64,000 nucleotides of DNA from Eledone cirrhosa (taxonomy: Eukaryota): positions 195,610,001-195,674,000 of the forward strand of contig OZ024742.1 in NCBI GenBank assembly GCA_964016885.1. The letters run 5' to 3'. This document shows positions 26,138-39,260 of this stretch, one piece after another; the first letter of the stretch is position 1, and every line of letters starts with the position of its first letter. The notes beneath the pieces were generated by a model. The model searched no databases. It saw nothing but the letters and a program-made list of their open reading frames with translations, and was not told where the DNA came from. Position numbers and translations under genes: made by a program.

Positions 26138-28349
26138 TAAGTATTGAGAAAATGGGGGAGGTGTAAAGATCTGGCTGTATGCGAAAGTAGAAGACAGGAC
26201 TATAAATGCCATAAATGAAGGGAAAGGGAGAGCAAAAGCAAGAACTCTTAGGTCACAGAAGAAAGGGAGGGGAAGAGGAGAAGGGGATGGGCCCAGGTCA
26301 CACACCACAAGGGTCAACGGAAATTTTTGAGGCAAGCTAACATGCTTGCAGCATTACCGCAGGTAATGGCGAAGCTAAGGCGCTGAAACAACCGGTGATA
26401 AAAACCTTGCTGCCAGCGGCCCAGCTCCACTAAACGTCTCGAACACCACAGACTGGAAAAAATAGTAATTCAAAGTGGCAATGTTGTCACACGTATCTTT
26501 TTAAGAATTGTGTGTATGGGTACACGTGTCTGTGGAATACTCAGTCATACTATAATATAGGATGAACTTAATCTGTAATTCAAAAAGTCAGCCTTTGTTA
26601 TACAGTGTTGAACTCAATTAGGTTGATAGTACACGAGTTTAAAGAATGTTCAGCCACTTGCACGTTAATTTCACCCGCAGCACAAAACTGGGTGGTATTG
26701 AACCCGGGACCGACCTAATGACTGCGAAGCAAACTTCTTAACCATTCTGCCATGCTGCTCTTACAAGGTGTTGAATCAACCAAACTGGAAGAAAGCACTG
26801 TAGTAAAGGATGAAAGCAAGTCCACTAACTTATATCTTACCTAAACATGAATTATTTCCCTTGTATAGATTCCCTAACAACTATATATATATTTTAGTAG
26901 TCGGCCATGTTTTAATGCTATATCGTGTACCACCAAGAACCTGTCTTTTTATGCTGCAGTAACTTTCCGTTCAACGTTCCTCATGGCCTTTATCTAACTA
27001 CAAATAACATGGTAAGATAAGAAGATATTATGCCTACGATGGTCTTTCTTTTAGATCTTTAAATTATTTTAATAATTTGTTTATAAATTTCAATAATAAT
27101 ATTGGTATACCCATATTCTCTCGTATAAAATAACCAACGATCTCGTTTATTTAGAATTGATTCCATTCAACATCCATTATCGTTTATTACGTCTAAGTAG
27201 AAATAAATAATTTTAATTATTATTGTTTTCTTTATTTCAATACGTTTCCCTTTACAATCAATGTTATTGATAAACATACACATACGGGTACGTGTCTTTC
27301 ACTCGCATTCTATATATATATATATATATATATAAGAAGAAATTAAAAGATGGTTAGAAAAGTTCCATGTATTTTACTATGCGCATTTCAAAAACAAATA
27401 TCATCCAGGGACGATATTTGCGTTCTCATATTGTGCTACACTAAAACTCACCTCCTACATATATATATATATATGTACAGCGAGTGTGTGTATTTGGGGG
27501 GGGGGGGGGGCTTTCTACTGTTCCTTAATAATTATAAAGTATTTTCTTTCGCTTTCGTCTTATCAGACCGTCAATCTTATCTTATTATCTGTTGTTGTTT
27601 TGTTTTTGTTGGGATCTTTCTGTAAAACACTAAATTCTGAAAAGACTTAGCTATTTCGTCTATTTAGAATTAATCATAAGTTTTATGTCGTATAAAAGGT
27701 AGTTTTCGGAATAAAATTGTAAAATACCTAGAATTATTGGCAAACTATTTATTCCAGATTATGATGTTCGTGACGATGTTCTTATCATAGTTGGCCGCTC
27801 GCCTTGCCGATATATTTAGATGATGCTCTTGGTAAGAGTGCGTGGTTATTCCAGCAACTTAACCTCGCAATCACCTGCGAGTGTTTTGGCTTACTTCAAA
27901 AATTATTGAAGGGAAAACCCAGCGCCCCATGTTGTGGCATGTTATTGAGTGTGCTTGTAACCTCCCACTTTTTTCTTTGTTTATATGTTGTATGCATTCT
28001 ATTCAAATAAACTTATGCAGGCTTTTAGGCAGAAATTTACATCATTAGTGTTGAACATAAATTTAAGTTTTAAACGTAGACATTTTTTATGTATGTACAT
28101 TAATCTCGATGTATAATCAGCATTTTCGTTGAATAAACAGTAATTTATTTTTAAATGCAATCTTTTTTATGTATATACAGTGTTTTCGATGTATATACAG
28201 ATGAAAATATAATGGAATTTAAAGGCTGAAAGCAGGTGAAGCTGAATAACTAACAGCAAATAAAATCTCTCTTAGAATTCAACAATCTCTCGTTTTATTA
28301 TAATTCCATCCATTATCTGTTGCCTTACAGAAATAGTTGTTTTTTTTTT

Positions 28350-28580
28350 CTTTACTGGTTTCAGTCATTATACACTGCAGTTATGCTGGAGCACTAGGTT
28401 AAAGGGTTTTAGTTGATCATATGACCTTAGTATTCTTTTACTGGTTTCAGTCATTCCACTGAGGTTATGCTGGGGCACTGCTTTGATTTAGTAAATCATT
28501 TTGACTCCAGTACTTATTCTTTTCAAGTTTGGTACTTTTATCAATCTCTTTTTGTCAAACTGCTAAATTACAGAGCATAG
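28350..28580 (-). mobile_element. Degenerate SINE-like repeat, second family, internally duplicated
   Basis: TTTACTGGTTTCAGTCATT...TTATGCTGG.GCACT occurs twice (about 28351 and about 28437). The family assignment is from recalled resemblance only. Confidence 0.4.
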
Positions 28581-28599
28581 ACATAGATATAGAGGCCAT

Positions 28600-28631
<32 letters not shown>

Positions 28632-28634
<3 letters not shown>

Positions 28635-29700
28635 GATTGCTTCATCTTTGCAAGTGATTGCTGTTTCCCTATGCACCCCCATCAACCTTCATCAACTCCA
28701 AACATCTGTTCATGGCCCCTTAGGTGGCTTTTAAGTGCAGCTGCAGATTTGCACAGTCTGCAGCAAATGTGACAGACATAAGATGTGCCCTCTAGTGGGT
28801 TGATTGGGTCAGTTTGTTGGATGCCATCCTTATGTAGCCTCATATGCCTTTTAAGACCAGAAATTGATTTGCAAATTTTTTTGCACGCCATACATGTTGT
28901 CTCACATAGTATTGGAGGAAAAGTGCTGCATACAATAGGCTTTTCATGTGATTTTAAATAAATGATGTACCCAGATTTAGAGAGCCGTAGATGACCACAC
29001 ACTTCGCAACTCGAGCTCCCTATGTTCTTATTTAGGTTCATACTGTGGCTTTTTTTTAAGCGACGTTTAAGTTTTTCATGGTCAAGATGTCTCTCTTCAA
29101 ACATTCTGCAGCATTCCTTCACATGTCCTCTCCATTTAACCCTCTTTAAAGCAAGCATTTCCCAGTTCTGAACTTCAAACTGTGGATATTGTTTTTTATG
29201 CAATCTTTATATCATTTTCTTGGTTTTTGCTGAGAGCATTTCATAGTGTGCAATTGACTGTAAAATAACTGTTTTGTGAGTCTTTCCTCATTCATGTGCA
29301 CAACATGGCCTACCCAACGCATTTGAGAGGATATGATGCAGATTCAATGCTCATACAATGTGCATCTCTAAGGATTTGTGTGTCAGATATTTTTTGTTGT
29401 CATTTGATTTTTGGGATTTGTCTTAAACACTTTTGATTGAAGTGTTCAAGCAAATTGAGGTGTCTACGATGTACTGTCCACATTTCCGAAGAGTACAACA
29501 GAGTACTCAAAATGCAGGCCTTGTACACACTAATCTTGGTCTTGATATTGATGCCATGATCTGCCCACACACTCTTTTCAAGTTTTCCGAAGGCTACAGA
29601 GGCCTTCTGAATGCGCAGGTGTATTTCTGTATCCAGTGAATCATCCCTCGACAATCCACTGCTCAGTTAAACAAAAATTGTCAGCACACCCAACCTAGTT
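28632..29700 (-). pseudogene. RTE LINE copy A, 3' part (RT C-terminus and three C2H2 zinc fingers), decayed
   Basis: ORF fragments LDTEIHLRIQKASVAFGKLE and CEVC..LKSH / CMAC..LKRHMRLH / CHIC..LKSHLRGH align with the intact RTE at 55422-58967. Stops and frameshifts are present. Confidence 0.9.
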
Positions 29701-31440
29701 CATCATCACATCATCATCATCACCGTTTTACGTCCGTTCTTCCACGCTAGCATGGGTTAGACGGGTTGTCCTGTTGTGGGCAGTGTCTGGTCGGCTGACC
29801 ATGCCTTGCTCATACAGGAACTGATCTGGCTTGATTTCTACAGCTGGATGCCCTTCCTAACACCAACCTCATTTACAGTGAGTGCTGGGTGCTTTTTCGT
29901 GGCGCCTACACGTCCACTTTACAGTGTGGGCTGGGTGCTTTTTTGCCGTGGCACCTCCACGACCACCTTGCGGTGGGGGGGGGGGGGGCATATTGTTTAT
30001 ATGCTTCAGCATGTACCCATGGGAGGTCGGGTACCCTGTATTACTGCGTGACGCCAGAAGTCACGGTCGTGTGTCATTGACTTTGAGAGGTGTAGTTGGG
30101 TAAGGTCGGCTTTTATCACCTCATCCCAAGTCATCTTGGGTCTCCCCACTCCGCGGTTTCCATCAACTTCTAGTGCTCTGCACCTTTTTATGCAGCTGTC
30201 ATCCTTCATACGCATCACATGTCCATACCAGCGTAACCGCCTCTCCTGCACGCAGCATTTGATTCCTCTTATGCTCAGTCTCTCTCTCAATTCATTTATG
30301 CTTTGTCGTTCACGTATATTACTGTTACACATCCATCGGAGCATGCAGGCTTCGTTTCTCTCTAATCTACGTAAGTCTTCCACCTTCAGCGCCCAGGTCT
30401 CACTACCATGCAACATCGCTGTTCGGATACACGCATCATACAGTCTGCCTTTCATTCTGAGGGAGAAGCCTTTTGCAGCTAGCAGTGGTAGTAGTTCCCT
30501 AAACTTCTTCCATCCCGTTCTTACCCTAGTTATTGTACTTTCTGAGCACCCACCTCCGTTGCTAATTCGGTCACCTAGGTAGCAGAAGCTGTCTACTGTT
30601 TCTACAGGGCCCTCCCAGAGATTGGTGGTACTTGTTTCCTGTGGCTGTTTGCTTGCTGTTTCAGCACAGCTGCTGCATGTGAATCCTACATTCTTAATTA
30701 AGCTTCCTGAGATCCCGCTACATCTCTTGTGTACCCATTGTTTGCATTTGGGGCAAAGAATGGAGTTCCTACCTACACCTTTCCTACATACTGAGCAAGG
30801 CCATTTCCCTGAGGGGATCTGGGTTCTGTTTTCTCGTCTACTTATAAGGACCTTAGTCTTTGTCATGTTGACTTTGAGGCCCTTTCTCTCTAGTCCCTGC
30901 TTCCAGGTTTGGAATTTATTCTCTAGTTCTACCATAGATTCAGCTATGAGTGCGAGGTCATCAGCATACAGGAGTTCCCATGGGCATCCGGTCTTAAACT
31001 CCTCCGTTATTGCCTGCAGGACTATGATGAACAGGAGAGGGCTAAGAACAGAGCCCTGGTGGACCCCAACCTGTACGCTAAATTCCTCGCTATACTCATT
31101 GCCAATCCTAACTTTGCTGACTGCTCCCCTATACATGGCTTGTACCGCTTTCACAAGCCATTCATCTACTCCTAGTTTTCTAAGAGCCCACCAGATTACT
31201 GCACGTGGAACTCTGTCAAAGGCTTTCTCAAGGTCGACAAATGCCAAGTAGAGTGGCTTACTTTTAGCTAGGTACTTTTCCTGTAATTGCCTCACAAGGA
31301 AGAGCGCATCAGTGGTGCCTTTCCCTGGAACAAACCCAAATTGCATCTCGTCTATATTCACCCGGTCCCTAATCAGCTGTGCTATAACTCTTTCTGTTAC
31401 TTTCATGACCTGGTCCATCAACTTTATACCTCTATAGTTT
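29701..31440 (-). mobile_element. 5'-truncated RTE-clade LINE copy B (open RT with a PHD-like Cys-rich insert, 3' UTR, (GAT)n tail) nested inside copy A
   Basis: ORF 30006..31556 has NYRGIKL, QFGF, FVDLEKAFDRV, GVHQGSVLSP, LYADD and WPCSVC..CPKCKQWVHKRC..CSSC. (CAT)n lies on the + strand at 29701-29721. The host A peptide VHG|TRLGV is split by the insertion. Confidence 0.93.
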
Positions 31441-33485
31441 CCATGTACCATTATGTTTGGCTCAATATATGCTTTTCCTGGTGATGGGGTGAACATTATC
31501 TTAGTCTTTTTCAGATTAATTGTCATACCCAAGCAGTACAAGAAGCTGCAAAACAATCCATGATGTGTTGCATGTCATCTTGAGAGTGAGCCAGAAAGTC
31601 AACATCGTCAGCATACAGGAGTTCTCTAAGTAATATTTGGAACACCTAGAACTTGAAATTGAACCTTCTTAGGTCAAAGATTCTTCTTGTAGTTCTAATT
31701 TGTAATAGAACTTGCACAGCCCTGGAATGCATGAGTCAGCATCACTGCAAAAAGTTTGAAAACAGTGTGGGAGTCAGGATTTCTCCCTGCTTCACACCAT
31801 TATAAACTGGGATTTCATTGGACAATTCGCCATTCGAGAAAACCTTCATATTTCTTTGCAGTCAGACGAACATATCAATAAACTTTGGTGGGCACCCTAT
31901 TGTCCCTAGTATTTTCCACAGTACACACCTGTTCACCGTATCAAAGGCCTTTGTCAGATCAATAAAATCCTGATACAGAAGAACCCGCTGCTCAATAGAT
32001 TTCTCCTGTATCTGCCTTGCAAAGAAGTTCATGTCAATCATCCCTATGCCAGATCTAAATTCACTTTGTGATTCAGGGATGACTAGGACAAATGTCCTCC
32101 ATCAACCTGTTCAACAATAATCTAGCAAGAACTTTGCCCACAGATTCCAACAAAATGATGCCACGGTAATGCAATCACAAATACATTTATCCCTTTTACG
32201 TTTAAACAAGGACACCAAGATACCATCTATCCAATCTTGTGGTATAGCAATGCTTGGCCAGCACTCTGTGATGAGATGGAGTATAGTTTGTGTTATGTTC
32301 TTATTTCCAGCCTTCAACACTTCCACAGGGATTCCATCTAATCCGGGTGTCTTACCTGTGTTTAACAGGTTGATGGCCATTTTTACCTCATTATAATCTG
32401 GTAATCGATCCATTTTAAAATTTACAACACATTGGGGGATTTACAACACATTGGGGGATGCCATCTAGCACATCAGGATCAACTGATGATGGATTATCAA
32501 ATAAATCAGTGAAATATTCTTGCCAACGCTTAAGGATTTTCTGATTCCTTGATGATGGCAGTGTCATCTTTCGACCTTATGGGAACAATAGATGAAGTTG
32601 TTGGACCATATACTGCACGCAAAAGACTATAAAACAGTTTTGAATCCTTTGCGTTATAAGCACTTTGAATATCTTCAGAGATTTTCAACCACCATTTATT
32701 AAGCCTTCTCAGCTCACATTGTAAAGTGGCTTTATTTTCTTTGTATATCTTTTTGATAGCAGTTAAATTTGTAGGGCACTCTCCCAAAAACTTTTCATGA
32801 AGAGCATGTTTTTTCTTTAATAGTTGGCTGATAACATGATTATCATCATCAAACCAGTCTTTTTTTTTCCCCTGAATCCAAGTTCTTCTGCTCCTACTGT
32901 ATACAATTGATCCCTGAAATTTATCCGCATTCCATCAAAGTCAATATTATCCAAATGTTTATTCAAAGCCTCGCATATCTCTTGCTGTTTTAACTTTCCA
33001 ACATCAATAAGCTTCAGTGTTTTGATACCACACATACAATACTTTTTCTGAACACATAACTTAAAATTCTCCTGAACCATCTGATGGTCTGTGTTACATT
33101 CTGCACTATACATGACAAGCACATTACAGACATCATGCAAGTCGCATCTCCAGGTTTCCATGAAATCTATCATGCGGCCATCTTTTGACCTTGGGTGTAT
33201 CCAGGTAACTTTATGCTTCTTTTTTTGGTGGAAGAATGTATTGCAAATCGCTAGGTTGAGTTCCAAACAAAGCTCAAGTAGCTTCAGACCATTGGCATTC
33301 ATCTTACTGATGCCATAATGGCCAAGTGCATCCTGCCTCATGGTCTCTACCAACTCAGGCATTGAAATCACCAAGAATGATCACTTTTTCTTCAACTGGA
33401 GTAGATGCAATTGTAGCACGAAGGGATTCATAGAATGACATAAGACTTTCTTCACTGGCGTGGAGAGTTGGGGCATAAACTGACA
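31441..33485 (-). pseudogene. RTE LINE copy A, 5' part (APE endonuclease, linker, RT), decayed
   Basis: Fragments NANGLKLLELC..NTFF..TWIHPRSK, KWW..IQSA..FYSLLRAVYGP, GKTPGLDGIPVE, FIDLTKAFDTV and LYADD, broken by many stops. Confidence 0.9.
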
Positions 33486-34290
33486 CCAACCTCATTTACA
33501 GTGAGTACTGGGTACTTGTTGTTGTGATGCCTACATGACCACTATACTGTGTGGGCTGGGTCTTTTTTGTTGTGACACCTACACAACCACTTTACAGTGT
33601 GGGCTAGGGTCTTTACTGGATGCATTTACTTTGGCCTATCCTTATGGAGGTGTATGTGAGGGTGGGATGGGGCATACTCTATATATGCTTCGGCTTGTGC
33701 TCGTGGGAAGTCAGGTCTTCTGTATTACTGCGTATCACCAGAGATCTCGGTCATGTGTCATTGTCTTTGAGAGGTGCAATTGGGCAAGGTCAGTTTTTAT
33801 CAACTCATCTCAGGTCTTCATGCTCCATATCTTCCATGAACTTTGATCGCTTTGCACCTTTTTATACAGCTGTCATCCTTCATAGACATTACATGGCCAT
33901 ACCAACTCAATCTCCTCTCTAGTATACTGCATCTGATCCCTCTTATGCCCAGTTTCTCTCTCAGTTTATTTATACTTTGCTATTCATGTTTATTACTATT
34001 AGACATCCATCGGAGCATGCAGGCTTCATTTCTTTCCAATCTTCGCAGGTCCTCTGCACACACTGCCCAGATCTCAATACCATGCAGCATTGCTGTTCAT
34101 ATATATGCATCATACAATCTGCTCTTCATTTTAAGAGAAAACCTTTTGTAGCTAGCAGCAGTTGTAACTCTCTGAACTCTCTCCATCCTGTTCTTACTCT
34201 GGCTACTGTACTTTTGGAACACCCTCCTCCACTATTGATTTGGTCATCAGGTAACGAAAATTGTCAACTATTTCTACAGAACTGGCTGGG
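33486..34290 (-). mobile_element. Older degenerate 3' fragment of the B-type RTE
   Basis: Colinear similarity to 29860-30600, for example ACACCAACCTCATTTACAGTGAGT and ACATCCATCGGAGCATGCAGGCTTC. Confidence 0.85.
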
Positions 34291-34944
34291 AATTTGAAGG
34301 AGCTAGTATTTTCACAACCATATAGAAATTTCACCCATACACCAATATATTTATTTCATTTCATTTCATTAGGGTGATAAATCAGATTAGTGGCTATTAT
34401 TCCAAGTGAGACAAGTCCAGTGCAAAGAAATAAGATCGACTTAGTATTGATCATATGAAATGTCAGACACATATACACTTATATGTATGTATAAGTATAA
34501 ATATAAATGTCAGGCATTTGATATGGTCAATGCTAAACTAGCCCTATTTCCTTGCACTAAACTTAGTGAATGGGTAAAATTTCCATGTGGGTGTGAGGAT
34601 TTATTTATTCATTTCATTTATACTTTATTTGTCTAGTTTTTATTTCCTATCAGGGTATCCCCTAAATGTCCTTTTGGCCTTTACTATTTATATTTTTCTA
34701 ATAAAACTTCATGAACCATTGTTTCTGATGATCAACAGTGAGATGGATGTGTTTTGTTAAGGCTAATAATATTGAATTATATAACTGTTATCAATTAGTC
34801 AATATTAGATACCCTTTGAAACAATCATAAAACAATGAATTAATTAAGCGCTGTACCTCGTCTTCAGCACCAAATTTCAGACTGGAATTTGCTATCTAAA
34901 CTGCAAGAGCTCACCTGTCAAGCCCCGAATCTCTACTATATATA

Positions 34945-36249
34945 TACAGGTGAAGTGTGGTCGACGAAGTTCTCTGACAGCCAGGCTTGGGTCTTTCGAT
35001 TTATTTATCAAACTTGTCTTCATGACTTGTTCTTTCGATCTCACTCGATAAACCCGCCATTGGCTTTGATGACAGCTTCAAGGCGGCCTCGGAACCGGCT
35101 ACAGGCCTTCGTCACTGTCCCCCGACTTAGGCCCCTAAAGGCACTTGTGATCCTGGCCTTCAGATCGTCTTTCGTATTGCAGCTAGATCTGTTGGTGTCT
35201 CATTCCACTGCGCCCCACACAAAGAAGTCGAGGGGGTTGCAGTCAGGCGAGCTGGGAGGTCAGATGTCAGGTGAAGTGTGGTCGACGAAGTTCTCTGACA
35301 GCTAGGCTTGGGTCTTTCGGCTGGTATGGCAGGGCACTGAGACTTGCTGCCACATGTACGGCCTACCTGCAGCTACCTGGTCGATCCAGGGCTTTACTAC
35401 CTTGCTCAGAATGCGGATGTAGCCATCGGTGTTCAGCTTGTGGCCCTCAGGGAAGAAGTGAGGTGGCATGACGTCACCTTGATGGCTGACAACACTTACG
35501 ACCAATGTTGTTGCTGGAAACTTTGTCTGCATGACTTTGGGCACGTCTATGGATGAGTCAGCGAGCCACCTGTTGTTCTGGGAGTTGATCTGGTTTTGGC
35601 AGAAGTTTTTCCTGTCGGAGAAAAACCACATGTCTGGCTCCAATGGGTGTTTCAACTTGTCGCTTTTCTTGCATCGCTTTTGACAGACATTGTCCTTTCC
35701 TCATCTTGTATGAAACGTAGCGAATGTCTTCATGTACCACCAGCCTAATGAGCTTTTCATCCACGCCTTTCTCCTTTGCAATGGCACGCATCGACTTGCT
35801 AGGTTCATTGTTGATGATATCCTGAACTTCAGCGACGAACTCGGGCATTCTGAAGGCGTGTCAGATCGTCGATCATATGTTTTCCTCTCTGATGTTGCTT
35901 CGTAGTCGAATCCTGAATCTTCCAATTCCTTTCTGACCTTTTCCACCATTCTCCTGCTGACGCTGAGAAAGTCTGAAATTTCCTTATTTGTCCTCCTGCC
36001 GCGGATTCCAAGAAGAACTCCGTGTCTCTTCCACAAATTTGGAGGTTCAAAATTATTCATAATCAATTATTCTGAAAATAAATAATGGAAATATAGTCAC
36101 TGTTTTTATGAAGACAAGAGTGACAACGGAAGTAAAAAAAATTTGGATGCCATATTTGAAATCAACACCTCAAAATTAATGGAAAACAACAACAAAACCT
36201 AAGTCAACAAAAAGTGTGTTCCAGCACTATCTATGAGGATCATACTGTA
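34945..36249 (-). pseudogene. Tc1/mariner-superfamily transposase pseudogene, maT/DD37D-like
   Basis: Frameshifted pieces cover an N-terminal HTH region, WFFSDRKNF, MPPHFFPEGHKLNT, YMWQQVSVPCHTS and PPSSPDCNPLDFFVWG (35213-35260). The right end ...ACTGTA is TIR-like. No matching left TIR was seen. Confidence 0.85.
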
Positions 36250-36564
36250 GAGCACCCATTGCTTTTAACAGTCCTACCATGTGATATAAAAAAAAATGTA
36301 TTGTCATTTTTAAACTCAGCAGATCTCAAACAAGAACAGATCTCAAACTTATCAGCAGAAAAAAAGCAAAATTTTGTTGTCCAGTGTTATTTATAGTGAT
36401 CAACTACTATTATGGTCATTTGCATTGGGACACACACATTCCAAATTTTCCTAATGCTTCTCTTAAGTCAACCTTGTTTTTTTTTATTTTTATTTATTTT
36501 ATTTTTTTTTTGTATATTCTGTTGTCTTATGATTTTATTTGTGTTTTCTTGGTTTTGTTCCTAG

Positions 36565-37446
36565 ACCGATCCAGCGCCTCAACCTCACCAAAAGGTGTCA
36601 CCCAGTGCATCACCTATTAAGAACACTTTGCAGTCTTTCCAGGGCCGTTCTACACCATCACTGCAAAACACTCCTCTTTTCAAAAAGAAGAAGGTCATTC
36701 CCAAATCTCCGATCGCTACTGCAAGGAGACTCAATTTGAACCCAGAAGCTGCTCTCACTGACCGACCTATGGTGAAACCTGAGAAAACAACAACTAAACA
36801 TGCTTCTTCTAAAGCTCCTACCGGCCCACCACCGCCACCCCCAAAGTTTGTCGGACGCACAATAAGACGGCTGCCATCCTATGATGCTGTCAAATGGTTG
36901 AGACACTTATTGAATCTACCACCAAAAAACAATAAAAAGAAATCCTTTCATCTGATGAAACTTTGCCAACCTTGCTGTGTTGTTGCTACAAAATTACCCC
37001 TGGAACCTTCTCAGAAAACCATAAACCTTACTGACTCTTCTGGCTCTCTAATGAAAACATTAATGAAATGCTCAGCAGTGTGTCGCCATGACTATAGCCA
37101 AGTTCACAAACCTTGGATGACGCAACAACATCGAAGAATGAAGAGGATATTTGCTGCATTACTTTTCAACAAGAACCTTCGATCTATGTCTGTGAAATTG
37201 GAACCTTATGCCAAATCACCGAAACTTCCAAAGACTCAATCAAAGCTAGGGCCACCTCTGCTCAGTGCCACACCAGGCAAAATGAGGTTTTTCTTCCTTG
37301 AACTGAAACGGAAAATTATCTTAATTCCTGTAATTGGTAATAAAATGGGTCAACGAGCCTATGAACTCGACAATCCACAGAATATTGGAATACTCTACAA
37401 TATTGCTGCATCTCTTCAGAAATCTTCAGAGGAAACTGAACAGTGA
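36565..37446 (+). CDS. Unassigned 293-codon open frame, possible terminal exon; Pro/Ser/Lys-rich N-half
   Basis: The frame is open from directly after a polypyrimidine-TAG acceptor (36544-36564) to TGA at 37444-37446, with ATTAAA about 45 nt downstream. No domain was recognised. Confidence 0.3.
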   Translation, partial: TDPAPQPHQKVSPSASPIKNTLQSFQGRSTPSLQNTPLFKKKKVIPKSPIATARRLNLNPEAALTDRPMVKPEKTTTKHASSKAPTGPPPPPPKFVGRTIRRLPSYDAVKWLRHLLNLPPKNNKKKSFHLMKLCQPCCVVATKLPLEPSQKTINLTDSSGSLMKTLMKCSAVCRHDYSQVHKPWMTQQHRRMKRIFAALLFNKNLRSMSVKLEPYAKSPKLPKTQSKLGPPLLSATPGKMRFFFLELKRKIILIPVIGNKMGQRAYELDNPQNIGILYNIAASLQKSSEETEQ

Positions 37447-37556
37447 TTTTTTTTTTTTTTTTTTTTTTTTCTTTTTTTTTTTTTTTCTAACATTAAATCT
37501 CTCATTTTATGAAATAATACAATATTTTGTCTGTTCTTTCTTTTCATTCTTTCATC

Positions 37557-38009
37557 AGGGTGGTGGATTGGTAGTATTGGTAGAGCATCGCACAATATGC
37601 TTTGTGACATGGGGTTACAACCCTTTACGTTTTGTGTTCAAATTACGCCTAGGTTACCTTTGCCTATTATCCTTATGGGGTCAATAAAATAAAGTACCAG
37701 TAATGCACTGAGGTCGATTTAATCGACCTTCCCTGCCCCTTCAAATTGCTGGCGTTGTGCCTATAGTAGAAACAATTATTTTAACAGGGCAATAGATTGG
37801 TAGTATCGATAGAGCGTTGAACAACATGCTTTATGGCATGGAGTTACAGCCTTTTACATTCTGAGTTGAAATCCCACTGAGGTTAGTTTTGCCTATCATC
37901 CTTATTGGGTCGATAGAATAAAGCACCAGTAACGCACTGGGATTTATTTAATCGACTTTCCCCTCCCCCAATATTTGTTGGCCTTGTGCCTAATTCAGTG
38001 ACCATTATT
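37557..38009 (+). mobile_element. Two tandem copies of the main tRNA-SINE (about 37557-37779 and 37786-38009)
   Basis: Both carry the GATTGGTAGTAT head, a GTTCAAAT/GTTGAAAT box and the GTC.AT.GAATAAAG.ACCAGTAA.GCACTG body. Confidence 0.85.
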
Positions 38010-38320
38010 TAATCTAGCCTTGGTCAGTAGTCTTTAGTCATCCAGAGGGCACCACCTGCAAGGACCTTTTTTAAAAAACACTTGATATCAAAGCTTGGTT
38101 CTAAAATAAAAAAAACCTTCCATCCTAATTCTATGTAAGAACATTTGTTCTGTTTCAAACACCAGCTTAATCATAATTTTAACAATCAACAAGATCCCAG
38201 ACCTCATTTGTTGGGTAGAACTCATCAAATCACACCAAGGAAACAATGTTTCCTTTGGTCTTTTCATTGCTGATACTATCTACTGGTCATTGCTGATATC
38301 TACTGGCAGAAACCAGCTTA

Positions 38321-38500
38321 ATAATTGTTTCTACTTTTGGCACAAAGCCAGCAATTACCCAGTACATTACTGGTACTTTATTTTATCGACCCCCGTAAGG
38401 ATGAAAGACAAAGTTAACCTCGGCGAGATTTGAACTCAGTCCGTAAAAGGACGTAACTATACTGCAAAGCATAGCGTCCGACCCTCTACCGATACTGCCA
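38321..38500 (-). mobile_element. Main tRNA-SINE copy
   Basis: Reverse complement of the 25456-25635 copy (CTGGTACTTTATTTTATCGACCCCGTAAGGATGAAAG). Confidence 0.85.
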
Positions 38501-38852
38501 TAATAATGAGGTAGTTTTATTACTAAACCCCTCCAAATTATTGATTATTTTTAAAGTCATTTGAAAATTATAAGCAGTGTCTTTTATTACGAATACGCTA
38601 AGAAAAGGATTAAATTTCTCATTTCATGAAACAATTAATTATTATATCCTTTTCTTTTGTTCTTTTATTTAGTTTATTAGCTTTAATCATTAGACTTTAG
38701 TCATCCATAGTGTACCACCTGCAAGTTTCATGAGTGGTGGGGGGCAAGCTTGCCAAAAGCCATACTGAATGTACATGGCTCCACTCTACACTTTTGTCTT
38801 TCACACAGGAAAAAATAAAATCAGACATTTTTTTCAACAGACCTCATATCAG

Positions 38853-39260
38853 CATCATCATTGATTAATGTTCACTTTCCATGCTTGCATGGCTTAGACA
38901 GGTTGTCATGTTATGAGAGAAATCAGGTCAGGTGACCATGTCTTGTTTATACAGATCTTTTGGAAGCTTGGTTTCTATTGCTGGGGGCCCTTCCTGACAG
39001 CAATCACTTTACATTGCGGGCTGGGTACTTTTTATCATGGCACCAAAATGACCATCTAATGGGGTGGACTGGGTGTTTTTTCATCATGTCATCAGCACAA
39101 CCACCTTACAGGGTGGACTGGATACATTTTGTCATGTCACCAACCTGACCACTATAGAGGGTGGACTCAGTCTGGGTTTTTTGTTGTGGCACCACCTTTA
39201 TCACCATACAGGGTGGACTAAGTGATTTTTGTAGAGGTGGCAACATTGTGGGGGAGCAGA
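38853..39260 (-). mobile_element. Degenerate 3' UTR and tail of the B-type RTE
   Basis: CATCATCAT...TTCCATGCTTGCATGGCTTAGACAGGTTGTC matches 29712-29770. The repeated GTGGACTGGGTG units resemble 29880-29950. Confidence 0.7.

Noticed and set aside
27750-27840. Possible small exon (TTCCAG ... GTAAGA)
   Set aside because: Splice-like signals alone are common, the most plausible frame has a stop, and there is no supporting homology.
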